This document shows, in pieces, positions 34,943 to 46,535 of a stretch of DNA of 64,000 nt. The notes beneath the pieces are model-generated. The model made no database searches and had not been told where the DNA came from. It saw only the letters and a list, made by a program, of their open reading frames with translations. Source of the DNA: Fimbriosthenelais zetlandica (taxonomy: Eukaryota). The first letter of the stretch is position 1, and every line of letters begins with the position of its first letter. The position numbers and the translations under genes are program-made. The stretch lies in contig OZ365115.1 of assembly GCA_977030845.1 (NCBI GenBank), positions 14,012,001 through 14,076,000 on the forward strand, read 5' to 3'.

Positions 34943-36797
34943 TTAGATATTAGGCATGGACCATGTAGGTTCTGTCTGGTTGAAGCTTGCTGTAGTGGGA
35001 GCCACATCGTCCAGATAAATCAAGTAGTTGAATGTATTGAGCTGATTTATGAACACCATGATTCCTGTAAATGTCGCTGTGAGTATCTGAATGAAAAAAT
35101 ATTACATAATACAATCAATGAACTGATAATTATGAGTATAATGAAATAGAGACAAATATATCTGTGACTATCTGGTATTGGTATAAGTAAGAATGATCTG
35201 ATGATATCTGTATCTAGATAGTTTTTATAAAATCTCTAAATTATAGCTGCGGCCAATTCGCATGCATGTATCGGTATCGTACTTTTGGGGCTCATGTTAA
35301 CATTTCTAACTAGATTTAAAATCTTTCTGACATTTCTTGGTATGGTAGTGGGTTTCCATACTCACAACACACGTTCTTAACGTAGTCAGTCGGTAAACAT
35401 CAACCAGAGTTATACCAACCCATCCACTTGACAATTTTGTCGCAGTGAGAGAAATCTGGAGAATAATTGAATGTATTTAGAAACATTTTCACGCATTAGG
35501 CATATATATGCTTTATGTTTCATAGCGTTGAATAAGGCTTTATTGGGTTTGATGATGTTGAAAGAATACATTTAATATAGGGGCCTAAAATTGAAATGAA
35601 TTACCTTCAGCAGTTGGTTTGTCTCCACACCCGGCCAAAGTCGAACATCTATGATCTGTTCAGCCATATTTGAGACCTGTAATGTAATATAGACATATGT
35701 TAGAGGAATCATTTGCTCCATGAAATATATATCAGCCGTTTTATTTCTGCATTTACTTTTGCTAGTTATTCTATTGTTATTCTACTCTAAATAGGCCTAC
35801 AAATACATAATTGTCTTTCTGTGATTCAAATCTATCTTTTGATCAGAGATATTTGTATGCTTACCTCATCATTGACCCAGGAAGGAGCAAACATTGAGGA
35901 AACAAACAGAAAAACAAACGGGAATATGTAGAAGGCATCCCGCATGATAATACCCAACGAGACGGTGAAAGCGCCGAGAAACAGCAGGAGCAGGAGGAAG
36001 TAGACTCTATACGTGTCATCAAGGGAATCCACCAGGTCAATGATGCCCTCTGTCAGGTCTGTCAACAAGCTCCAGGACGACTCTAACTTCTCTCTCTTCA
36101 TATCCTTATTGATGATTTTCATTCTCTGCCTGATTGAGTTGATGCTTAGAGCCACCACCAGATTAACAGATATAAAGAAACACGTGGATAAAACATTCAC
36201 TGTCATCCAGAACGTGAACAAGACCCCCAGGAAGACCTGGTGGAAGGCAAAGTTGGGAAGACAAGTGAAGGTTTTCATCATCTTTGAGTCAGAAAACCGA
36301 GCAAGAAAGAAGACAGTGAGAAGCATGAGGAGAATGAGGAGGTGGATGATGAGTGTGAGAAGTGTGAGGATGTAGATCTGAATCCTCCTCTTTATCATGA
36401 AACCATGGAAGGTTTTAATCAACATTGTCATGACAAGATTCAGTCTCTGATCCCTCCAACAGATGTAATACATGAACATACAGTTAATAGCTGTAAATAT
36501 AGACATGAGAGAGAGGAGTAAACCGATAACGCTGATAGGACCTGATGTCAAGGTGCAGGATAAAGACCCCAGTGACAGCACTACAAAAAACACTGTCATG
36601 AGGGCTGAATAAACAGCTGTCACACCCGCTGTCACAGTATGCTTCTGAGATCCACTTCGGAAATGAAAAATTCCAAGGACCACCATAAGCCAGATGATGG
36701 GTTTGAGAGGGCCGTAGCTGGCGACATGTTTTCTGGGCTGATTCTTAACCTCCATGTCATCCTCATAGTCCAAGGGTTGAACTGATGATAAGCTCAT
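34943..36797 (-). CDS. Gustatory-receptor-like (GRL / 7TM ion channel) gene 1, 412 aa. Exons 36797-35865, 35676-35605, 35455-35366, 35086-34943
   Basis: A long hydrophobic multi-TM exon is followed by three phase-0 introns near the C-terminus, the GR/GRL hallmark. Motifs YGPLKPIIWLMVVLGIFH, GITLVDVYRL and TM7-like ILTATFTGIMVFINQL. Confidence 0.85.
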
Positions 36798-37387
36798 GGT
36801 TAAAAGCTGATGGGAGGATCCTGCAATGTAAACATAATCACTCTAAAAAGTCAACTATGATCCATTCAAACAGTCCAATGCTAGTCACCTGACCAATCAG
36901 ATTCACTTGGAAAACAAATTTGACATTTACTCACCCACAATGTAAAAACAACCATAGGGAATAATGGCTCAGCAATTATTGTACATTTTAGGATGGAGCC
37001 ATACAATAGTGGGCATAAAATAGTTATGGTTGCTAGGAGACTGTTTTTGTTTGTGCGCCGCGTCTGTTGCAGGTGACAGAGTTTGATCCATTTGCCGCGT
37101 CCTGAAGGCTGCTTTTATCCACCATTTTTATTTCATTAGCCTACACTTATACCTGATCTAAGTGGTCCGTTGTATTTCATTCCAGTCTCTTGAATATTTA
37201 AAACTGGGCATATATGTCATGCCAACTCTATGGCTACTCACTGAAAACTATACTGGGGATCTAGGCTCTAGTTTATGTACTATAGTCTGTACAAATTAAT
37301 CTGGTCAGATACCACGTTATATTTCTATGGTGGTTTCGGTCCAAGTTTGGTTGTAAAGACTGTAATAAGCTTTAAAACCTAAGGTGG

Positions 37388-37579
37388 GACTCCACTGCTA
37401 CGACAGTGCTTACGATACTAAAGCGACAAAGGTGATGCTTGTGTCGCAACAAATTTCATAAATTTTATATGAAGTGTCTAAGGCCTTAAGGTGGTCCTCC
37501 ATTGGTACAGTTCTCATTGCAACACCTGCATCACCTTTGTCGCAGTAGTGTCGCAAGCAAAATCGCAGCAGTGGAGTAC
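37388..37579. mobile_element. MITE family A copy 4
   Basis: Same arms as 443-632, ending GCAAAATCGCAGCAGTGGAGTAC. Confidence 0.8.
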
Positions 37580-38844
37580 AGGCTCTAGGCAGAATGTACA
37601 TCATATACTGTAGTATATAAGTGGGGATTAATGTGTATACATGTATTTATATACGGTGGTTTATTCAATGGGTGAATACAGAAGCTAAAGTGTGACATGG
37701 GCTTATTATAGGCAATTGAGGGTGATGGTTGGAGGTGCCTTGGTCCCCTTTGGTCTATCACTGGGTGGGGGTGTTGCTTACAGTTCTCATGAGGTATGAA
37801 ATAATGATATACCAGATTAATAAGTCCTCATATAGTGTGTGTATTGATCACACCCAGGGAGGCATGGTCGGCGAGGAACCCAATCAATCCTTCCATAAAG
37901 CTCCCTATTAGGCCTACATTAATGCTGTGTGGGTTTACCAAACAAAAACAATAGAACCCGAACAAAAACAAACAAATAATAGAAATTCCGGTAACCGAAC
38001 GGGGGCAGAATTGTAGGTATTCATCCTTTAATTCCTCCTACTCCCTCCACCTCCCTCCCTACCCTTCCCATCATCTTCTTTCCCATTATACATTGAACAT
38101 TTGTTCAATCAACATTTTCTTTCAGTCTGTGTGCATGTGTCCTTATCCCTATTTACGAGTACCGGTAATACGGCACCAGCTTAATGTTCGTCTGTATACC
38201 CATGATTTAAAAATCAATCATTTTTTAATTTTCCTGGAAGCGTGAATGAATTTTTACCACATCTCTGCAATCTAAATACAGGAAATCATGACAATTACGC
38301 TGGTGTCTATAAATGTGAGATTGATCCCATGCAACAAAAGGTGGCTCACTGTAAGGGGATGAAATTACATCTCCTAACTGTCAATAACTGTGAATAATGA
38401 ATGTGAATAATCAATAATTATTTATGTATTCATTTTTAAGATGTCCTATCTGTTTTTATTAAGTTCATTTAGGAAGCGTTAGAAAGGACGAGTCACAATA
38501 ATGTTTAATACTCAGTCATAAATGCCGCAGGAAAGGATGAATTATTTAATGGATAGACCACTTACAACTGAAGCCCGAGAAGTACAATGATAATAACTTC
38601 GAGGCATAAATAAATCACCTCTTGATGTGCAGATGGTTGATGGTTGCAGATATATATGTATACATGTAGATACCATTTCGATGTAATATATTATATTTTA
38701 ATGCATCTATTGTGTTTTCACTGTATATATGGACCCCTACATTGTGATATAATTATGTAGAGGACTCCGCAAAGTTCGTTCATTCATTCATTGAGATAAA
38801 ATGGGTTATAACATCTACAATTTTAAATACTACAAATCATGCTG

Positions 38845-41800
38845 TTAACAAGTAACATTGGTGATGTTCGGCCTGTACATCTCCACCTCTGTCTCACCGC
38901 CAGGGAGGACGAGTAAATCCATAGGAGAGAGTCTCCTTGTCCCTGCTGTTATCAAAGCTGTCATCGCCTGAAAATTGAAATATTATCATAAATCTACTGA
39001 TTTAATGTACGTCTATATGCCATAATTAAGGACTGAGAAATGTATGAGATTCAAAGTATAATGTAGGCCCTGCCGAGTCTGATATCTGGCTTATAATAAA
39101 TATTGAATATTGGATAATCAGATTGTTAAAGATTATAAATATATACTAAATATCTAATAAATTAAATATTTCAGGACCTACAATGAATGCAGCCCTGAGA
39201 GACGGCCGGAACAATCCAGCAACTGTTATACCAACATATCCATTCATCAGTTTCTGTAATGTCAGGGAAAGCTGAAGTAGAAAAATAAGTCTCTATATTA
39301 GCAAAATGATTTGCAAGACAGGGATTCGAACCCCGGTCTCTCGTATTCCAAGGCCAGTGTCCTACCTCTAGACTACCTGGTCCACAGATCCGCTAGCTAC
39401 GCTCGGGATTGAATAAAAACAGTAAAGCTATTATGTTTTGTTTTTAGACAAGCTATTTTGGTTTCATGCTTCATTGCGCAAGTGCCCGGATCAGGCGCTC
39501 GCATACTTCCGCCTCTCACGACTGGGATCAAGCTAAACATGGAATAGAGGAGGGTGTCATTTTCCGTCGGACAAGGACTTGAACAATCTGTGTCACGACG
39601 CTAATTTCCAAAATCTTTAATATCTCGGCAACCACTGGGTCTTTATAAGAAATTCAAAATGGAAAATCTTAGTTGGGAAAATGTCTAGAGGGTGGGATAG
39701 GAAATAAATGCTGAAACAGCTTCTAAAAGTTTCCATTTTCAAAATGTTGCTAATTTCACAAGGTGTCCCGACTCCAGCCCCGTTTCCAATCCAAGGCTCT
39801 GATCTCAGTTGAATAAACATAGTTCACCGTTCTGCCGCATCATATCTCGGGTGCGCTACAGTCGCGCTGGCTTGGTCCTTCGATAGAGTTCAATGATGCT
39901 ATATAGTAGCATAGTTCAGCGTTCTCCCACATCATATCTCGGGTGCGCTACAGTCGCGCTGGCTTAGTCCTTCCATAGAGTTCAATATCAGCGCGACTGT
40001 AGCGACCCGAGATATGATGCGGCAGAACAGTGAACTATGCTACTATGACTATGATCTAGCTCGCTTGAAACGCCATAGAATCCGGGAGACAAGCCTAAGA
40101 GGCGCTAATCGGCATATAGGCCTACGTCCACCCACCACCTGAGGGCGCCACTGTGCCGGTTATTCAGCTGAGATCGGAGCCATGGATTGGGAACGGGGCT
40201 GGAGTCGGGACACCTTGTGAAATTGGCTATATTTTGAAAATCGAAATTTATAGAAGCTGTTTCAGCATTTATTTCCTATACCACCCGCTAGACATTGTCC
40301 CAACTAAGATTTTCCATTTTGAGTTTCTTAAAAAGACCCAGTGGTTGCCGAGATATTAAAGATTTTCTAAATCAGAGTCGTGACACAGATTGTTCACGTC
40401 CTTGTCCGACGGAAAATGACACCCTCCTCTATCTCATGTTTAGCTTGATTCCAGTCGTGAGAGGCGGAAGTATGCGAGCGCCTGATCCGGGCACTTGCGC
40501 AATGAAGCATGAAACCAAAATAGGGTTGACTAGCCGGGTGTGAAAGCCAAGCAATCACTACAAGTATCGACTAGAGACGACACCTGGTGTCGGGATCTGG
40601 CGTGAGACTGAGGGATGACTGAAAGCCATGTTCTAACCAAGCTTTGTTTGCTTCTGCTCTCGAAAAGATCCCCTGCCAAATGAACACTTCTCAGCCGTAT
40701 ATATATGTGTAGTAATCCTGCAGCGAAAAGTGATTTACAAGACGTGGAATCGATCCCCGGTCTCTCGTGTTAGAGTCCAGTGTCATACTCTAGACTACCT
40801 GGCTCATATATATCTACCTTAAACTTTAATTTGAAGCGGTGTAGGTTAGTCGACTGAGAGCCTGGTAGTCAAGAATTAAGAGAGTGGCACGAGACGTGGG
40901 AGACCCGGGTTCTATTCCCAGTCTTGCAAACCACTTTTCCTGCTCCCTGGATCGCTACGCATTTTATACGGCTTAGCAATTAACTCGTGTTGGATTTTTT
41001 TTCAACATTGATCGAAAGTCAAATGCGATGCATTTAATGTAGAACAGTTAATAGCATTGATTGGGGTTGGGGGTTGGAGTTGGGATACCCTACACATTCC
41101 TTATAGTAGACGAGTCTGATATCCCAATACATTCCCTATAGTAGACGAGTCTGATATCCTATAGATTCCCTATAGTAGACGAGTCTGATATCTATAAAAC
41201 TATATCATACCTTCAGTAACTTGTGATCGTCTATTCCAGGCCAGAGTCGCAGTTCTATTATCTCCTCACTTACAAAATCAACCTAAAACATTTTATAATA
41301 TGTCATCAGAAACTATTTGCAACTATTCACTTTCCCTTTCTTTATTTTTGTATATATATTTTATTTCCATGTATATTGGAGCGACATATAAAATCTACAG
41401 AATGATCCAAAATAGCCAGAATAATTGTACTTAGGGAATCCAAATAGATAAATGAAATAAGTTTTATGAGTTTTCAATAAAATAAATGATTACCTCAATA
41501 TTGAGCCATGATGAAGCCAATGTAATTGTACAAGATATGAAGAAGAATGGCCAACTCTTCAGAAGGTCATTCACAAAGAAATAGCAGAAATAGATAACGA
41601 CAGTATGAAATAATAGGTAATATTTATAATTATATTCTACAGCATTGGCCGTATCAATGATGTCTTCTGTTAGTTGGTAAATTATCCACCAGGAGGCCTC
41701 CAGGTTATCCGCCATTATTCCTTTATTCACGGTCTCAATCCTCTGTCGCAATGATTTAACACTGAAACCAGTAACAGTGAAAATACAAAAGAGAAAAACA

Positions 41801-42441
41801 GCTGAAAAGGTGACAACAGTGACCCAGAGAACCGCGAGAAAAACCATAAACGTTGTCATGAATAATGAATGATTGGAGCACGAGAATAATTCCTCAATAT
41901 CCACGACAGACAGGGGGATTCTGAAGAAAACATTCAGAATCAAACATACCATGATCGTATAAATTATTATAGCCAGAATAACTATGATCCACAGCAGCAA
42001 GTTATATTTCCTTGAGAAACCTTGAGATGCTTTGGTCAGAGTTGTACAGAGAAAGATGAGCTTGTTCACGTTACAGCACTGATAGTACATGAAGATAGAA
42101 TTGAGTGAGGCAGAAAGGGACAGAAAAGTTAGTAACCAAGCCTCGATAGATTCAGTCTCACTGCTCAAAACACACCAAAGATAAAAAATAAATGAGGAAC
42201 AATACATACACGTCATGATGAGAGAGTATGCCCTACTTAGCCTGGCAACTCTTGTACCTTTATACGGACCATGGTAAAAGTGAAATATTCCCAACAAAGC
42301 CATCAACCAAATGATGGGAGTAAGAGGGCCATATTTAACATTGTTTTTTCTCTTCTTATTTTCCTTTCTGTTAATATTCATTGGTGCTACCGATGTCTTC
42401 ATGAAGGGTCCTGACCTTTTAAACCAATTTGGAAAATACAT
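38845..42441 (-). CDS. Gustatory-receptor-like gene 2, 410 aa. Exons 42441-41494, 41282-41211, 39271-39182, 38967-38845
   Basis: Paralogue of GRL1 with the same three phase-0 introns and identical 72- and 90-nt exons (IIELRLWPGI vs IIDVRLWPGV; LSLTLQKLMNGYVGITV vs ISLTATKLSSGWVGITL). Confidence 0.85.
39311..39383 (-). repeat. tRNA-derived element (related copies 40735-40805 minus, 40858-40930 plus)
   Basis: GACCAGGTAGTCTAGAGGTAGGAC..GAGACCGGGGTTCGAATCCC has A and B boxes, but the acceptor and anticodon stems are mispaired. Confidence 0.7.
39453..40523. repeat. Foldback element: ~365-bp inverted repeats (39453-39818 / 40159-40523) around an inner tandem unit and hairpin
   Basis: Arms are highly similar reverse complements (CTATTTTGGTTTCATGCTTCATTGCGCAAGTG... 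/ ...CACTTGCGCAATGAAGCATGAAACCAAAATAG). An inner ~77-bp unit occurs twice, plus an inverted copy at 39989-40045. Confidence 0.92.
41092..41193. repeat. ~35-bp tandem repeat, 3 copies, just downstream of the GRL2 exon-2 donor
   Basis: ATTCCCTATAGTAGACGAGTCTGATATC recurs three times. Confidence 0.85.
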
Positions 42442-43423
42442 TTTTCTGTCAAAAATTCTATTGTTCGAACGTTATATTTTACTATCTAAGGTAGGCCTAT
42501 AGACCTACATTCATGTGTTCCGGTAGCATACACTGGTAGGGATGGGGATGGAACTTGGGCACCTAAAAAATTGAAATGAGCTTTTTTACATATAATTTTA
42601 GAATAACGTAAATTATATATTTGAAAATTGAAGGTAGTTTGGACATACATGTACGTACACATTGACGCTAATTCACTGAGGATTAGGGCCTTGAGAGCAG
42701 GATTTAAAAAAGTGACATTGCAAAAAATTGGCGATGATCAATATGAAGGCCTATTAATTAATATTTTTTTAGAGATTAGGCCTACCTGTCCACGCACTTA
42801 CCTTTGACTCCGTATGAGACCCAGGCAGCGAATGTACGAAATGTGAGAATTCTTCATGATTTATTAAATGTACGGGAATGAAATCTCAAGAATCGGCATA
42901 ATTAAAGACCGTGGCCATGGCAACATTGATTGGGCTAATAAGATTAGTTGTCTGACAAGAGATGTGTAAACCCCTTTATGTACCTAGGATGTGAAAAAGA
43001 CAAATAGGAATAGTTCAATATTATAATACATTTACATTTCAATTCTGAAGGATTTGTTTAGGCGATATTGACTGATAATAGCCGTTGTAACAGCATTCAA
43101 CTAGGCATATACATAACCAGAAGGAGATAGGCCCTATTCATCTGCCGCCAGGTCCATAGGCCTAGGCTAGGCCTATATGGTTTTGGCACTCTGCCGCCAC
43201 CATGTGCCTAGGCCTACATGGCCTACAGCTATGCAGAATTAGATGTGCCTCTATATTAGTCTATTCACATACGGGATTTTGACTTAATTGAACTGTACTT
43301 TATTTCAGAAATGGTTCCTGAATGTGCTGATAACGCCCCATACTACGACGCCACCTCCGGCAGAAACGTGAACTATCGCTCAGCTTGACCAGACGGTACC
43401 GGTAGCCGAAAGTGACTCCAACT

Positions 43424-44172
43424 TAATGGGCTAACTCCACTAGGCTTTTGTGTGGTGCGATTGGTGCGATATCTTGGCGCGGTATGTTTTTGCGCGGTGG
43501 GGGAGGTAACTGCCGCACATACCGCCTCAGTAGCTCCACTAGAGCTTTCATACGGCAGGTGCGGTTATTGCCGCGCCTGGCTCAGACAGGGATGGCATTT
43601 GTACATTTAGGGCTTTAGTTTTTCATGAATGCATCACAGGGTGATATTCACTCTACTCTTTGATAATTCTCGGTGAGATCTTGGAAGAGATGTGCGGTTT
43701 GCAGGTCGGAAACTTACATTTTTGCTTCCAGAGATCAAAATATAACCAGGAGTTGCCTGAAATTTATGTAATAGATCGAGGTTAAATGGGCCTTTGCTCA
43801 TTTATTCACAAATATGTGAACTCTTTAAGCCTTTTCTTATAATAGCTCTGTTGCTATGTTGACCTTACCGGAAGTGACGGTCATGTGATCAATATAAGCC
43901 CTCCCATTGGCTGGGTACATGCGATTTGCCGCGCAAGATAACTCCATTACAATCGCATCAACCGCGCGTACCGCGCTTGGCCTATTTTCATGCGGTGATA
44001 TTAAAATGTTTTGATATGGCGCGGCAGGCGTGGGGGGCAGGCGCGGCTCATGCGGTAGCCGCGATTGTATAACTCCACTACCGCATGAAGGTAGCCGTAT
44101 GCCGCAACAACAAATCGCTAATAAAAATCGCGCCTACCGCACCACAAAAAAGCCTAGTGGAGTTACCCCATT
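43424..44172. mobile_element. Non-autonomous DNA transposon, ~750 bp
   Basis: TIRs TAATGGGCTAACTCCACTAGGCTTTTGTGTGGTGCG / CGCACCACAAAAAGCCTAGTGGAGTTACCCCATTA; GCGG/CCGC-rich subterminal motifs; TSD unresolved. Confidence 0.75.
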
Positions 44173-44605
44173 ACGGGAAGAGTGTGAATTAACTTCTAAT
44201 GATAAATCAATGGGGCGTCGCTTGGAATTTTCATACGTCGTTTGCAAATCTATAAAGGCACCCAAATGAGCCAAAATTGAAATCCGTATTTAGATTTTCA
44301 TGAAATACAGGGTTGCCTGTAGGCAGTTTGTTGTGGGCGATAATAGGGGTTTTGACAGCTTGGAATTTTCAGAGGGCGTTTGCAAATCTATGAAAGCACC
44401 TAAATGAGGCAAAATCGAAATCTATGGGTAGATTTTCATGAAGAATTCTTCGCATGTAGAAGAACAGAGTTACATTGTTTGTGAGCCTGTAAACGGCGAG
44501 AAAATGGAAGCTTTGTTTTGTTTTGGGCGATAATAGGGGTTTTGTGCTGCCCCTGGTGTGTAGCGAGTAAACTAAGCTCCGCCGTGCCATTACTTCAGTG
44601 GGAAT

Positions 44606-44619
44606 CCACCAGGTGGCAG
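44606..44619 (+). promoter_or_regulatory. CTCF-consensus motif between GRL2 and BICRA
   Basis: CCACCAGGTGGCAG matches the CTCF core; binding is untested. Confidence 0.4.
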
Positions 44620-45221
44620 CCCTGTTTCTTGACAGCACCATGAGCTGAGCGATTATGGTTATCCATGGAGATCATGGTCAAAATCTCAATCAGTCTATTA
44701 CCGTAGTACCGGTAGTTGATGGTAACGGGAATAAACTCAACTTTGTCAGTGATAGGCCTAATTCAATGGGAGCACATTTCAGGTAGGCCCCCTATCATTA
44801 TTTTAGCATAAGAAAGATCTAAATATAGGCCTATAGCCATTTTTTAGTTAGTCCCAAATTCCATGTAGGCTACGATTCTATATACACTTTTAATCTCTTC
44901 GCACGAGAAATGGTTAGGGGGGCCTAATGGATACGAAATGGATCCATTTTAAAACCAATCTTTACAGCGGGAACACGTGTCCAGTTAGAAACAAAAATTG
45001 ACCCTCAGTTTGAAATTTGACTCCTCGCACACCCGAGATTTGGCCCGTTAAATTCCCTAGAGTTCTTTAATAGAGTCTTTAAAATGTTAACTAAAAGTCA
45101 TTAAGTTATGAGGAAAAGCCAGAAAACCGGATTGTGCACTTATTAGTAGGTAATTATTAGTTAGGCCTAGGCCCTACCGTAGGCTACATAAAAGCGCTAA
45201 AGGGATAAAGCATATCGGCCT

Positions 45222-45294
45222 TGTCTCAAATGGGATTCGATCCCAGGACCTTTGTTTTTGAAACCCAACACCTTACCATTTCAGCTATCCCGAG
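45222..45294 (-). repeat. tRNA-derived fragment
   Basis: TAGCTGAAATGGTAAGG and GGGATCGAATCCC at tRNA spacing; anticodon stem mispaired. Confidence 0.55.
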
Positions 45295-46513
45295 AAACCG
45301 TGTCTCTCTTCGGTCCTGTATGGGATGGGGAACCGTACGGGATATTAATGATTTCTCCCTTTTGGGATATTAAAAAAGAATACCGGGTAGGCCTACAAAA
45401 AATGGGCGTGGCTAGTCAGGGACACAGCGCGAGACGATAGGCCATAGGGCCTACTGGGGACTGGATGAAGGGGGGCGAGGTGGGGGCGGGTGGCTTCATT
45501 AATTTTAGGCCTTTGCATATAAATTTATGGATATATTTCATCACTTTATTCGAATTTCATCATTTTGTTTGTTTCAATAATATTTTTCTGATGCCCTTCT
45601 GTTGAGAATCGTTGGGAAACCATCCAGTCCAACTTTTAGGACGAGGCTACTTGACTGAAATAAAATAGGGCCTACTCCAATGTCGTGAGCACTACTAGCT
45701 CGTTCTCCATGAAGGAAGTGTGTCCTACTTTTATGGGGAGATGGACAGCTCGTCAAACCCATACATGTGATGGGAGGAGGCCACTCCCAGTCCTCAAGCT
45801 ACCACTCTCAAACCTGGTTGGGTGGTGGGTGGGGGGCCACATCACCCCCAAGGCCTAGGCTATTTCATACCGGTAGCTTAATTTTATTTGATTTATTTCT
45901 TATAATAGGCCAAGGTCTATAATTAGCCGAGTTCATCTCAATTTTGCTAGAGAGGACTGTAACCACAAAAAGCATGGGAGATTACTTTTCTTTCTTTCAG
46001 TTGCAACATTTTATTATTAGGGTCTACCTCCTGGTATTGGCTTCAGTCATAAAATATTTATTTCCTGCAGACTTGGACAAGTCTATGCCCACCCACGACG
46101 ACGTCAGCCTCGTTTTCAAACATGCGCAGTGGAATTAGGTCAGAGAGAGTGAGAGGTAGAGAGCTGTGTGTGTGCTTGCCATTTCTCCCCCAACCTTCCT
46201 TTCCTTCCAACATGTTACTTTATGTCTCCACCTATCCTTCCCCGCCCTCTTCCATGCCAAATTCACATTTTAATCCGGTGTTAAATCAGTAACAAACCCA
46301 CTGTTCACAACCGCTGGATTGCGCAAGACCTCAAACATTTTTTGCGTCTTTAATATGCACGACCTTCCTCCAGGGTCTGAGGGAACAAAAATGGCAAAAT
46401 GGGGACAGAAAATAACTGATGGGGTTGGTTTTAACGTGTTAGGCGGGTTTAAGGGGAGGAAGGGGAAGATTTCATGTCCAAATAGGTAGTGGTGTCTGTG
46501 AATTAATGTATGC

Positions 46514-46535
46514 TGACGTCACGGGTCAAAGGTCA
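46514..46535 (+). promoter_or_regulatory. Adjacent CRE and DR1 nuclear-receptor element upstream of BICRA
   Basis: TGACGTCA (46514-46521) and GGGTCA-A-AGGTCA (46523-46535), 58 bp before a GTGAGT donor at 46594. Confidence 0.45.

Noticed and set aside
36013-36375. 120-aa plus-strand ORF
   Set aside because: Antisense shadow of GRL1 exon 1; the same applies to 42311-42502 and the minus ORFs over BICRA (52321, 53095, 56541, 57258, 57684, 62697, 63634).
39617-40359. Two near-identical 67-68 aa ORFs on opposite strands
   Set aside because: They are the two arms of the inverted repeat; no evidence of coding.
45222-45294. tRNA-like sequence with TCA in the anticodon loop (selenocysteine or suppressor tRNA?)
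   Set aside because: The anticodon stem is mispaired and there is no long variable arm; treated as a tRNA-derived repeat. The other tRNA-like copies also fail cloverleaf pairing.
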